A stretch of DNA of 64,000 nt. Origin: an uncultured Bacteroidota bacterium (lineage in GTDB: Bacteria > Bacteroidota > Ignavibacteria > UBA10030 > UBA6906). The translations under genes were made by a program, and so were the position numbers. Where the stretch lies: NCBI GenBank assembly GCA_963700635.1, contig CAVOYH010000003.1, positions 512,001 through 576,000 of the forward strand, in the 5' to 3' direction. How positions within the stretch are numbered: position 1 is the stretch's first letter; each line of letters begins with the position of its first letter. Shown here piece by piece: positions 1-8,470 of this stretch. The notes under the pieces were generated by a model. The model was not told the DNA's origin. It saw only the letters and a program-made list of their open reading frames with translations, and did no database searches.

Positions 1-608
1 AAATCTCCTGGAACAAACCGGTCGCCCACCGTATACCCCTTCTGGCGGGCATAGTCTTTAAGCCGGGCAAACAAGAGCGCGCGGGCCCGGTGGAGGCGTG
101 AACGCACAGTGCCGATGGGGATCTCCAGAAGATCCGCAATCTCGTCATACGGCATATCTTCTATGTCACGCAACACAATGATACTTTTGAATTTTTCGGG
201 CAAGGCCGCAAGTGCACCGGTGATGTCGTCATCAAACATCTGGGTGTCCAGCATCGTACGCAGATCGTTGTCTGACCCCGTCCCTTTCCCTGTCATTTGA
301 TACGCAGAGATCTGTTCGTCAAACTGCACGATTTCGGGCAGACGGTGTGTCCGCCGGTATTCGTTGATATACGTGTTTTTCATGATCCTATAGAGCCACG
401 CTTTCGCATTCGTGCCCGATTCAAACTTGTCGTAGAAGCGATAGGCTTTCATGTACGTATCCTGCAGCAGATCGCTGGCCTGATCACGGTCATTGGAGAG
501 GTAGAACGCATAGCTGTGCAGCATATCCATGAAGGGCACCATTTCATCCTTAAATTTCCGGTGCCGCAGATCCTCGACGCTTTTTATCCGCTTCCCTTTG
601 CCTGCCAT
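1..608 (-). CDS. ECF RNA polymerase sigma-70 factor, SigH/SigR-like (3' end runs off the window)
   Basis: Not in the ORF track because it is truncated. My translation from ATG 608 (GAGG SD upstream) gives MAGKGKR...ASDLLQDTYMKAYRFYDKFESGTNAKAWLYRIMKNTYINEYRR (region 2) and ...LPEKFKSIIVLRDIEDMPYDEIADLLEIPIGTVRSRLHRARALL (region 4). Confidence 0.92.
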   Translation of the reverse strand, partial: MAGKGKRIKSVEDLRHRKFKDEMVPFMDMLHSYAFYLSNDRDQASDLLQDTYMKAYRFYDKFESGTNAKAWLYRIMKNTYINEYRRTHRLPEIVQFDEQISAYQMTGKGTGSDNDLRTMLDTQMFDDDITGALAALPEKFKSIIVLRDIEDMPYDEIADLLEIPIGTVRSRLHRARALLFARLKDYARQKGYTVGDRFVPGD

Positions 609-665
609 GGATCCTCTCAGTCTCGCATAGTTCGATTTAGACGATTTAGCTGAATTACTTGTATT

Positions 666-691
666 AACGCAAGGGCGGGCAAAATTGTTCC
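666..691 (-). promoter_or_regulatory. Putative ECF (SigR/SigH-type) promoter GGAAC-N18-GTT, probably autoregulatory
   Basis: The minus strand reads GGAAC(691-687)-aattttgcccgcccttgc-GTT(668-666), about 58 nt upstream of the sigma ATG. This matches the actinobacterial SigR/SigH consensus GGAA(T/C)-N17/18-GTT. Confidence 0.65.
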
Positions 692-770
692 CGCCCAGCC
701 CCAAACTTCTAAAGATATACCCAAATTTCTGTTAATACCCCGTAACTCCTTATTCAGAAACACGATACAA

Positions 771-811
771 CACAGTGGAGCCGGCCTGATATACAAGCCG
801 GCTCCACTGTG
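771..811 (-). terminator. Hairpin terminator of the TonB/TPR operon
   Basis: Perfect 15-bp inverted repeat CACAGTGGAGCCGGC-N11-GCCGGCTCCACTGTG about 30 nt after the TPR stop, followed on the minus strand by TTGTATCGTGTTTC. Confidence 0.75.
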
Positions 812-840
812 TACACCTCAACAAATCCGGTTACTGATGC

Positions 841-2670
841 CTACTTTGCCCCCGGACAGCCAATCCTTTCCATCGCCTTCTTTGCGTCTTCGTTCCTCGA
901 ATCATACCGCAGTGCCTTCCGGAGTTCGTTGCAGGCCTCATCCTTTATCTCCTGGTTCCTCAAGTCATCACCTTCCTTGCGCGACTGGATCAGGCCCTGG
1001 GCAAGCCACAGATGTCCCTGGGCATTTCCCGGTTCAAGCTCAATGACCCTGCGGAAGAGGCGGATACTCTCCTGAATCTTCACCGCATTAGCATCAGCGT
1101 CTCCCAGCCGGTCCAGAGTCTGCAGGACTGCCTGGCCCCAGGTCAGACGGAGACTGGCATCTTCATAGCCATACGACGCGGCACGGCGGAACGATTCGGC
1201 GGCCGACCCGAATTGTTGCTTGCGGAAGTAATTCATGCCGAGCAGGTAGTGCGCTTCTGCCGCTTCCTTCTTGAATTTGTCCGTATCCGAACCGATCTGC
1301 CTCAACACTTCGTCATACTCGGCCTTGGCGTTATCGAGCGAATCCACCTGCGTGTAGTACCGCGCCAGCCAGAGTCGTGCCTGGAGAAAATCGGGTTTAA
1401 TCTCAATGGTCTTCATCAGCAGTTCACGCGACCGCGCAAAATTCTTGACCTGCATATAGGAGGCGGCTCCGTTCAGATACGCCGCGAGGGAAATGGATCT
1501 GGGATCGCACTCGATGCGTTTGTCAAACATCTCGCCCGCTTTGTCATATTCGCGCTTCTTCATATAGATGCTGCCGAGACTGAAATACGCGTCACAATTC
1601 GTGGAATCCAGGGCGACTGCATCGAGCAACGACTTCAGCGCATCATCGTCACGCCCGATCCTGAACAGCGCATACCCGTATGCCGCCTGGTCCGTCGCTT
1701 CAAATGCCTTCTTCCGTTTGAGTACTTCGTACGAACTCAGCGCATCCTGATATTCTCTGGTTTCCACCTGTGCCTGTGCGAGCAGTCGCCAGATTTCCAC
1801 ATTGTTTGAATCCAGTTTCAGGGACCGTTTTGCTTCCTTGACGGCCTCAGCATACTCACCGGCCCCTGAAAGGGCCTTGCTGTGCATGACCGAGCCTTCC
1901 ACCGACTTCGGCCGGAGCTCCGTAAACGTGCGAAGCGGAGTGATCGCCTGTCTGTAAAGTTTCGCGCGCAGATAGATGTCCCCCTTCTGGTGGTGCGCAT
2001 CCACATTCAACGAATCCCGCAAGATAATTTCATCAAATTCCCGAACAGCTTCGTTGTATTGCCTGTTCTTCTCATAAACCCGCGCAAGTTTGATGCGCCG
2101 GCGGGTGTTGTTCGAATCAAGCTCGATGGCCCGCTGGTAGTTCATGATAACCATCGGGATAACGTTGTGTTTGACAAACGCGTCTCCCAGCGCCTCATAG
2201 ATACTGGGGTCGTTCGGTGTGTATTCCTTCGCCCGGGTCAGTTGCACGATGGCGGCATCAACGGAATCGGCCGCGAGAAGAGCCTTGCCGTACGAGGATG
2301 CAACCACGCCGTTCTTCGGAGCAAGTTTAACGACCCGCTGGAACTGTTTCAGCGCACCCGACAGATTCCTGGTCTGCACGTACGAGTCCCCGAGAAGCCG
2401 CAATGCTTCAACGTTCTCATCATCGATCCGGACCGCCTCTTCCAGATATCGTATCGCAACCGGAATCTGATGACGGGCAAACGCGATCGCACCGAGGGAG
2501 AAATTTGCCTCGCCCGGCTTCTGTCCCGCTTTTAACGCCTGTTCAAAAAGCGAGACAGCCGACGTGGTGTCTTTTGAGGCCAGTGCCACCTTCGCCCTCG
2601 TAAGAAACTCCTGGCTGATTCCGTACTCCACAACACATCCGACCAGTAATAGTAAGAATGCGTGTTTCAT
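841..2670 (-). CDS. Exported tetratricopeptide-repeat protein
   Basis: N-terminal signal peptide, then many TPR helix pairs (e.g. ALRLLGDSY...A...FQRVVKLAPKN; AYFSLGSIY...A...FDKRIECDP). Confidence 0.9.
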   Translation of the reverse strand: MKHAFLLLLVGCVVEYGISQEFLTRAKVALASKDTTSAVSLFEQALKAGQKPGEANFSLGAIAFARHQIPVAIRYLEEAVRIDDENVEALRLLGDSYVQTRNLSGALKQFQRVVKLAPKNGVVASSYGKALLAADSVDAAIVQLTRAKEYTPNDPSIYEALGDAFVKHNVIPMVIMNYQRAIELDSNNTRRRIKLARVYEKNRQYNEAVREFDEIILRDSLNVDAHHQKGDIYLRAKLYRQAITPLRTFTELRPKSVEGSVMHSKALSGAGEYAEAVKEAKRSLKLDSNNVEIWRLLAQAQVETREYQDALSSYEVLKRKKAFEATDQAAYGYALFRIGRDDDALKSLLDAVALDSTNCDAYFSLGSIYMKKREYDKAGEMFDKRIECDPRSISLAAYLNGAASYMQVKNFARSRELLMKTIEIKPDFLQARLWLARYYTQVDSLDNAKAEYDEVLRQIGSDTDKFKKEAAEAHYLLGMNYFRKQQFGSAAESFRRAASYGYEDASLRLTWGQAVLQTLDRLGDADANAVKIQESIRLFRRVIELEPGNAQGHLWLAQGLIQSRKEGDDLRNQEIKDEACNELRKALRYDSRNEDAKKAMERIGCPGAK

Positions 2671-2671
2671 C

Positions 2672-3598
2672 TTATTTCACCTGCTCCGACGTAAGTTGAA
2701 TGAGTCGAACCGGCATAGTCACCGGCACCAAGCCGTTATCCAGAAAGATCTTTTGACCCTGGACACTGGCAGCAAAGGAGATAAAACCCAGACTGATACT
2801 CCTGTCAGTGTCTCGGGTGTAAATATAGACCGGCGTGGACAGGGGATAATACCCCTTGTACACATAGGCCTGCGCAGGCGTGTACGCACGCCCCACAGGT
2901 TGCGTTGAGTCCGGCATCACGCCAGGCCGCGAAAGACCCAGCACGGACACATCCGCTTCCGATCCCTTCAGCCATCCGACTCCAACAATGCCGACGGCAT
3001 TCCTGGTTGTCCGGACATACTCAACCAGTTTGCCGCTTGACGCCATGGGAGTCGCCGACAACGCGAACGGTCCGCCCCTCAAAACAATTCGTTTGAATAC
3101 TTCGTTCGTGCTGGAGTTGACCCCACCCACCACAAGGTCAACGGTCCGGCCAGCCCGCCATCCGGGCCAGGAGGTTGTAAGGCCTCCGAAGAGACTATCT
3201 GCCTGCCCCACCCGTAATGTTGTTACGGGGTTTGCCTTGTGCGCGATGACTGCAACGGCTGATTGCGCAACATGGTATTCTTCAAACCAGGTGTTTGTTC
3301 TGGTCAGAACGTTCCGTTCCTCCTCATTGAGGGGGCGTGAGCAGACGATAACCCGGACACTGTCGTTTACAAAATTCGCCGTTGCTTCCCGGGCTTCGAC
3401 AGAGCGGACGCTGATTTTTGCATCGGGATATTGCTGCCTGAACTCAGCGGCAAGGTTAAGGATGACGGGAAACAGGGCTTCGTCACACTCCACCGCCAGC
3501 GTTCCCCTGGTCAACGATGTCGATCCGGGTTCGCGGGAGCATCCCCAGATCATCAGTGCTGCGCACAACAAGACTGCGGACCGTAGTCGATGGCTCAT
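2672..3598 (-). CDS. PstS/PBP2-family substrate-binding lipoprotein
   Basis: Start reassigned to ATG 3598 (MSHRLRSAVLLCAALMIWGC, lipobox). Motifs AVAVIAHKANP, NSSTNEVF, NAVGIVGVGW, GYYPLSTPVYIY and GQKIFLDNGLVP are typical of PBP_like_2. Confidence 0.8.
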   Translation of the reverse strand: MSHRLRSAVLLCAALMIWGCSREPGSTSLTRGTLAVECDEALFPVILNLAAEFRQQYPDAKISVRSVEAREATANFVNDSVRVIVCSRPLNEEERNVLTRTNTWFEEYHVAQSAVAVIAHKANPVTTLRVGQADSLFGGLTTSWPGWRAGRTVDLVVGGVNSSTNEVFKRIVLRGGPFALSATPMASSGKLVEYVRTTRNAVGIVGVGWLKGSEADVSVLGLSRPGVMPDSTQPVGRAYTPAQAYVYKGYYPLSTPVYIYTRDTDRSISLGFISFAASVQGQKIFLDNGLVPVTMPVRLIQLTSEQVK

Positions 3599-3798
3599 GG
3601 TCGGTTTCTTCGGTAAAAGCTGATCAGAAAACGATACATCCCGTACAGAAAGATAACGGCTCCAATAATGATACGGTAACTTTCCGGGAACGCACCACGT
3701 GCGGGCACGAACACGCCCGCCATCACCAGGACGCCGAACACCATGGCAGCAGCGGAGAGGGCCAGGATCACGTACCGCAATATCTCCATGGTCGTCAT
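3595..3798 (-). CDS. Small two-TM membrane protein
   Basis: 67 aa with two hydrophobic helices and a basic tail (YRIIIGAVIFLYGMYRF). Its stop overlaps the next start (ATGA). Confidence 0.7.
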   Translation of the reverse strand: MTTMEILRYVILALSAAAMVFGVLVMAGVFVPARGAFPESYRIIIGAVIFLYGMYRFLISFYRRNRP

Positions 3799-3821
3799 TC
3801 GTGCCCCTGCGAAACACCCTG

Positions 3822-3849
3822 AGGGGAGGACCTGTCATGGTCCTCCCCT
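3822..3849 (-). terminator. Intra-operon hairpin after tonB (partial terminator or mRNA stabiliser)
   Basis: 11-bp inverted repeat AGGGGAGGACC-tgtcat-GGTCCTCCCCT with only a weak T tail. Confidence 0.55.
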
Positions 3850-3886
3850 TCGGGCTTACACGTTTCCGTGCCGGCGGATCAGGGTA

Positions 3887-4630
3887 TTACTTCCGATCTG
3901 CCAGCTTAAACCGGAACGGAATGGAGACCCACACGGCAACCGGTCCGTTATTCATGTATGCCGGCGTGAAGATCCATTGTTTTGCGGCTTCCACAGAAGG
4001 TTCGTTGAAGATTTCCGCGTCGCTTTTAAGGATTACCACCTGTTTCGGTTTCCCTTCCTTGTCGACCCAGATCTTCACCCACACCTTCCCTTCCAGCCCT
4101 GCCCGCATGGCGAGCTCGGGATATTTGGGTTCGACCTTTTTCACCGGCACGGGTTCTTTTTCCACGGGGACAAAGTCCGCGGGCGGTGCGTCATCATCGA
4201 TCCTGATATCCTGGGTAATCTCTACCGGGCCTCCACCATCCATATCGCCCATGATGGGTGCCACCTGCTGACTCATTTCAGTCTGCGTGGCCATCGTTTG
4301 CTCGGCGCTGACTTCAGCATCGGGCACCGGAACCGGTGCACCGACAGTTGGTTTGGCCGATGGTGCCGAGACGGCGATCGGTGGCGGGGTGTTGGCGCTG
4401 GTCATCGATGGTGGCGGGCCAAGGTCGCTGTACTTCATGATCCGCACGTGAACCATCGGAGGTTCTTCCTCACTCAGCAGTCCGACCAGATAGTATGACC
4501 CGACGACGAGCAGGTGGATCGCAACGGCGATCGCCAAGCCGATCATCCAGTTTCTCTGGTAGACTTTTTTGAGTTCAACCGCACCATACTGGGACGCCTT
4601 ATAGGCGGCTGTTGCAGCTACTGCTGCCAT
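3887..4630 (-). CDS. tonB: Energy transducer TonB
   Basis: Single TM, Pro-rich linker and TonB_C domain (PKYPELAMRAGLEGKVWVKIWVDKEG...WIFTPA...PVAVWVSIPFRF). Strong AAGGAGG SD. Confidence 0.92.
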   Translation of the reverse strand: MAAVAATAAYKASQYGAVELKKVYQRNWMIGLAIAVAIHLLVVGSYYLVGLLSEEEPPMVHVRIMKYSDLGPPPSMTSANTPPPIAVSAPSAKPTVGAPVPVPDAEVSAEQTMATQTEMSQQVAPIMGDMDGGGPVEITQDIRIDDDAPPADFVPVEKEPVPVKKVEPKYPELAMRAGLEGKVWVKIWVDKEGKPKQVVILKSDAEIFNEPSVEAAKQWIFTPAYMNNGPVAVWVSIPFRFKLADRK

Positions 4631-4650
4631 AGGTTTTTCCCTCCTTCCCG

Positions 4651-5148
4651 TTAAGATTGCACGCGCATGAGCAACGCCTTGTCGGCGTCAAGCAGCGGCG
4701 CAATGCTAAATCGTTGAATCTGGGCAAGGTTCAGCTCATCGATCATATTTACGAGCATCGAATAGCGTCCTTCACGGGCCACTTTCACCAGCGTGGTCAG
4801 TTTGGGATTACCCTGTGATTTTTCCCGGAGAAACGTACGCAATGTTGCCGGATCGAGCCTCTTCGGTGACTCGATACCGACGTTCCAGAAGATATCTCCC
4901 TTTTGGTCAACCCGGATCGTGAGGAGGTTCGATTCAGCGATTTCCACCTTCACTTCTTTGTCGGGAGGGAGATTGATCTCCATCGTTTGCGGCCGGGACA
5001 TACTTGTTGTAAACATAAAAAACGTCAGAAGCAGAAAGGCCACGTCAACCAGCGGCGTCATGTCCATCCGGATGCCGAGGCGACGGGCTTTCTTGCGCTT
5101 TTTGCCCTTTTTTCTCTCTCGAGGGGCAGCTACTCCTCCACCTGCCAT
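4651..5148 (-). CDS. exbD: Biopolymer transport protein ExbD (second copy)
   Basis: DMTPLVDVAFLLLTFFMFTT TM motif with the conserved Asp. Confidence 0.92.
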   Translation of the reverse strand: MAGGGVAAPRERKKGKKRKKARRLGIRMDMTPLVDVAFLLLTFFMFTTSMSRPQTMEINLPPDKEVKVEIAESNLLTIRVDQKGDIFWNVGIESPKRLDPATLRTFLREKSQGNPKLTTLVKVAREGRYSMLVNMIDELNLAQIQRFSIAPLLDADKALLMRVQS

Positions 5149-5158
5149 TGTCGGCCTC

Positions 5159-5683
5159 CTATTCCTGAACCTGTCTGGCGAGATCCGTCACCAGATTAAA
5201 TCGTGTGATTTGCGTTTTCTGCAGGATGTCAATAACGTCCTCCGCTACACCGTAATTCGCGTCGCGGTCCCCCTTGACCACCGTGCGCAATTTCGGATTC
5301 GCGGTGCGGGCTTGAACGAGATACGTGGCCAGCTGACTTTTCGGCACGGGATAGTTGAGCTGCAAAAAGTAATTCTCTCCGTAGCCTTCGGCCTTCTTGT
5401 ATTCCGTGAACAGGCGCTTCCGCAGCCCCTGTGAATCCAAACCCAACCAGATAAAGGTTGTGTCTCCGTTAATGATTTTGCCTTCCTTCGCGATGCTGAT
5501 CGTCATCACGTCAGTTTCGGGCAGTTTAAACTCCGAGTGGGAGGCAGGCAACACGATGGTTACCTCCTCCTGCGGCTTAAACTGCGTCGTCAACATGAAA
5601 AACGTAAGCAACAGAAAGGCCACGTCCACCAGTGGCGTCATGTCAATGACAACGCCCTGTCGGTGCGGCTTAAATTTCGGCAT
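5159..5683 (-). CDS. exbD: Biopolymer transport protein ExbD (first copy)
   Basis: DMTPLVDVAFLLLTFFMLTT and KGDRDANYGVAEDVIDILQ motifs. Confidence 0.92.
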   Translation of the reverse strand: MPKFKPHRQGVVIDMTPLVDVAFLLLTFFMLTTQFKPQEEVTIVLPASHSEFKLPETDVMTISIAKEGKIINGDTTFIWLGLDSQGLRKRLFTEYKKAEGYGENYFLQLNYPVPKSQLATYLVQARTANPKLRTVVKGDRDANYGVAEDVIDILQKTQITRFNLVTDLARQVQE

Positions 5684-5701
5684 ACCGTTCCGCCTCCGGC
5701 T

Positions 5702-6481
5702 TTATTCGTTGGACCGAGTGTTCAGGATCTGGACGACGTTATAGCTGGCTTCGTCGATCATGTAGGTGAAATTGTCCACCTTCGTCACGAAAAAGTTGTA
5801 GGCAACGATTCCGATGATGGCGGCCAGCAGACCAAGCGCCGTGTTGATAAGGGCTTCAGAGATACCGATGGACAGCTGGATAGCATCCGGCGCGCCGGCT
5901 TTGGCCAGAGCGGTGAATGCACGGATCATTCCCACGGTCGTGCCGAGCAGACCTGCCATGGTGGCGATCGAGGCGATCGTGGAGAGAGCAATCAGATTAC
6001 GTTCGAGAAGCGGCGTCTCAAGACTGGTGGCTTCTTCAATCGCCCGCTGGGTCTCGGCCATCCGTTTGTCGTTGTCCAGCTTCTTCTCACCCAGGACCAC
6101 CTGGTACCGCTCCAGGCCGGTCCGGATGATGTTCGCCGCAGACCCCCGCTGGGCATCACACTCCTTCATCGCATCTTCAACACGATTTGCCATCAGATGA
6201 CCCTGCACGGCCTTCAGGAACATGGGGAGCGACCGCTTGCCGTTGGCTTTGCGCAGGGAAAAGAGACGTTCAAAGACCAGCGCGATATCCATCAGGGTGA
6301 GCGTGATCAAAAACGGCACCACAATACCTCCCGTATAGACGGTGCCAAGAAGATTGTCGGGCACGGTACGGAGTTCGCCGTTCCTAAAATTGGCCGGGTC
6401 ACCAAGAATAAACTGGTAGATCACGATTGCCACCAAGGCCGTGATGATAATCACCGTGGTGAGAAAAATGGATTGCTTCAT
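5702..6481 (-). CDS. exbB: MotA/TolQ/ExbB proton channel protein
   Basis: LERNLIALSTIASIATMAGLLGTTVGMIRAF...GISEALINTALGL motif. AAGGAG SD. Confidence 0.93.
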   Translation of the reverse strand: MKQSIFLTTVIIITALVAIVIYQFILGDPANFRNGELRTVPDNLLGTVYTGGIVVPFLITLTLMDIALVFERLFSLRKANGKRSLPMFLKAVQGHLMANRVEDAMKECDAQRGSAANIIRTGLERYQVVLGEKKLDNDKRMAETQRAIEEATSLETPLLERNLIALSTIASIATMAGLLGTTVGMIRAFTALAKAGAPDAIQLSIGISEALINTALGLLAAIIGIVAYNFFVTKVDNFTYMIDEASYNVVQILNTRSNE

Positions 6482-6530
6482 CGATGCACTCCTTTGGATA
6501 ATGTGACTGTGAACTGTGACTCGTTACTGA

Positions 6531-6884
6531 TTACTCGCTGCCGCCAAATGACGCTACGGCTTCTTCTCTGGTCTCCACGACATCAAACACAAGTGTCAGT
6601 TTTGTTATGACAAAGATGTTGTTGATGTTCTTGTTGATCCCGCACAGCTTCACGTGCCCTTTGTTCTTCGAGAACGTGGTGTGCGCAGAAACCAGTACCC
6701 CGATCGCGGTGCTATTGAGATAGGTCACCTTCCCCAGATCAATGATCACTTTCTTGGTGCCCTGTTCAACAAAATCGGCGACCGCACTGCGCAGCTCGTC
6801 GGTTTCTTCTCCTCCTACAAGCGACCCCTTGACATCGATGACACCGATCTTGCCGCTCTGCAAAGTCGTGGTTTTGACAGCCAT
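6531..6884 (-). CDS. STAS-domain anti-sigma factor antagonist (SpoIIAA/RsbV-like)
   Basis: Start reassigned to ATG 6884 (GGAGG SD). Motif VIIDLGKVTYLNSTAIGVLV includes the phosphorylatable Ser. Confidence 0.88.
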   Translation of the reverse strand: MAVKTTTLQSGKIGVIDVKGSLVGGEETDELRSAVADFVEQGTKKVIIDLGKVTYLNSTAIGVLVSAHTTFSKNKGHVKLCGINKNINNIFVITKLTLVFDVVETREEAVASFGGSE

Positions 6885-6940
6885 GGTGCCTCCCGGTAAC
6901 TGAAGGAATATGACGTTAGGAATGGTCTGTACCTGAGGAA

Positions 6941-6956
6941 TGCAAATACGGTGCCA
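6941..6956 (-). promoter_or_regulatory. Sigma54 (RpoN) -24/-12 promoter
   Basis: The minus strand reads TGGCAC-CGTAT-TTGCA, an exact TGGCAC-N5-TTGCW consensus, 56 nt upstream of the STAS ATG. Confidence 0.85.
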
Positions 6957-7052
6957 TGGAGCCTTCTGTGAGATTGTACCTGCGGAGGGCTTGTTATCTC
7001 GGCTTATAGCGTGTCCTTCAAGGGTTTTATGAGCATCGTACGCCTGATGTCG

Positions 7053-7156
7053 TGCAATGTGCAATGTGCAGGGCAGATTATCACGCATGACCCCCGCAAC
7101 ACATCATCCTGACTTGGGTTATGACGCCATGCAAAACGCACGGTTGTATTCATGCA
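7053..7156. promoter_or_regulatory. Candidate upstream activator sequences for a sigma54 enhancer-binding protein
   Basis: TGCAATGTGCAATGTGCA (7053-7070, three TGCA at 7-bp period), TGCAAAACGCA (7130-7140) and ATGCA (7152-7156), located 100-200 bp upstream of the -24 box. Confidence 0.5.
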
Positions 7157-8470
7157 TTACAGCCCGTATTTCTTCCTTTTTCTCCAGAGAGTCGCCGGAT
7201 CAATACCGAGAATTGAGGCAGCCGATTCGAGGTCCTTCGCAACCCTCAGGATCCTGATGATATGCGCCTGCTCCACCTCTTCGAGCGACATTGGCCGCTG
7301 CTCCGGCTTGAGCAGGGTCTGGAACTCTTCAGGCAGATGAAAGATCTGGATGGTTTCACCATGCGCCAGAATCACCGCCCGTTCCATTACGTTTTCCAAC
7401 TCGCGCACATTCCCTTTCCACGGATACGCCCGCAGCGCAGCCAGAACTTGTGGTGCTATGTCCTTCGTGCGTCCGAGTTTCTCAAGAAAGTGCTGGGCGA
7501 GCAACGGAATGTCTTCCTGTCTTTCTCTCAAGGGGGGCAGCTTCACCTTGACGGCGTTCAGGCGGTAGTACAGATCTTCACGAAACAGCCCGGACCCAAC
7601 GGCTTCCTGGAGGTTCCGGTTTGTCGCGGCAATAACCCGTACATCCACCTTACTGGTGGTACTTTCTCCAACGCGCTCGAATTCCTTGTGCTGAAGAAAG
7701 CGAAGCAATTTAACCTGGGTTGGAGAAGGGATTTCCCCGATTTCATCCAGAAACACCGTTCCCCCGTTTGCCGCCGCAAACCTCCCCTCCCGATCTTTTA
7801 CCGCCCCCGTAAAAGCCCCTTTGACATGGCCGAAGAGTTCACTCTCAAGCAGGGTCTCGGCAAGGGCGATACAGTTCACGGTGACAAAAGGTTGTTCGCG
7901 CCGCGGGCTATGGTCATGGATGAGATGCGCGAGCAATTCTTTGCCGGTCCCGCTTTCACCTTCCACGAGAATCGAAATGTTGCTGTCGGCCACCTGCATC
8001 GCCAGATCGATGATACTTTTCATCCGTTCACTGCGTGTCACCAGCGCACCGTATCCTTCATGGCGCGAGAGTTCCAGCTTCAGCTGCCGTACTTCCATTT
8101 TCAGACGGTGGTGGTCGTACACCTTGTCCACAAAGTGACGCAGTTCCGAAAACTCAAACGGTTTCTGCAGATAATCATACGCGCCAAGCTTCATCGCTTC
8201 CACGGCGGAATCCACGCTGCCGTGTGCCGTCATCAGAACCACCGTCATCTCCGGTGCAAGAGAAAGCGCCTCACGAAGCAGTTGAATCCCGTCCATCGGC
8301 TGCATCTTCAGATCAAACAGACCGATATCAAACCGGTCGTTGCGAAGCCTGTCGAGTGCCTGGAGGGGATTCAGAAAGGACGTGACACGGTACCCCGAAG
8401 CTTCAAGCGCAATCCCCACAGTCTTGAGTATGTTCTGTTCGTCATCCACGAGCAGAATGGAGGCGTTCAT
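7157..8470 (-). CDS. Sigma54-dependent response regulator (NtrC/AtoC/AlgB family)
   Basis: REC domain (LVDDE...DLKM), AAA+ GESGTGKE, GAFTGA loop, DEIGE, WKGNVREL, and Fis-type HTH (AASILGIDPATLWRKRK). Confidence 0.95.
   Translation of the reverse strand: MNASILLVDDEQNILKTVGIALEASGYRVTSFLNPLQALDRLRNDRFDIGLFDLKMQPMDGIQLLREALSLAPEMTVVLMTAHGSVDSAVEAMKLGAYDYLQKPFEFSELRHFVDKVYDHHRLKMEVRQLKLELSRHEGYGALVTRSERMKSIIDLAMQVADSNISILVEGESGTGKELLAHLIHDHSPRREQPFVTVNCIALAETLLESELFGHVKGAFTGAVKDREGRFAAANGGTVFLDEIGEIPSPTQVKLLRFLQHKEFERVGESTTSKVDVRVIAATNRNLQEAVGSGLFREDLYYRLNAVKVKLPPLRERQEDIPLLAQHFLEKLGRTKDIAPQVLAALRAYPWKGNVRELENVMERAVILAHGETIQIFHLPEEFQTLLKPEQRPMSLEEVEQAHIIRILRVAKDLESAASILGIDPATLWRKRKKYGL

Noticed and set aside
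3599-3838. 80-aa N-terminal extension of the PstS-like ORF from ATG 3838 with an apparent GGAGG SD
   Set aside because: The SD and ATG are the arm and loop of the 3822-3849 hairpin. The extension overlaps the small membrane gene and would bury the lipoprotein signal.
6502-6519. Three TGTGA copies between STAS and exbB
   Set aside because: Short, irregularly spaced direct repeats with no palindromic CRP-like partner; could be chance.
6885-7088. N-terminal extension of the STAS ORF in the ORF track
   Set aside because: It runs through the sigma54 promoter and enhancer region, and ATG 6884 has a good SD and gives a normal STAS length.
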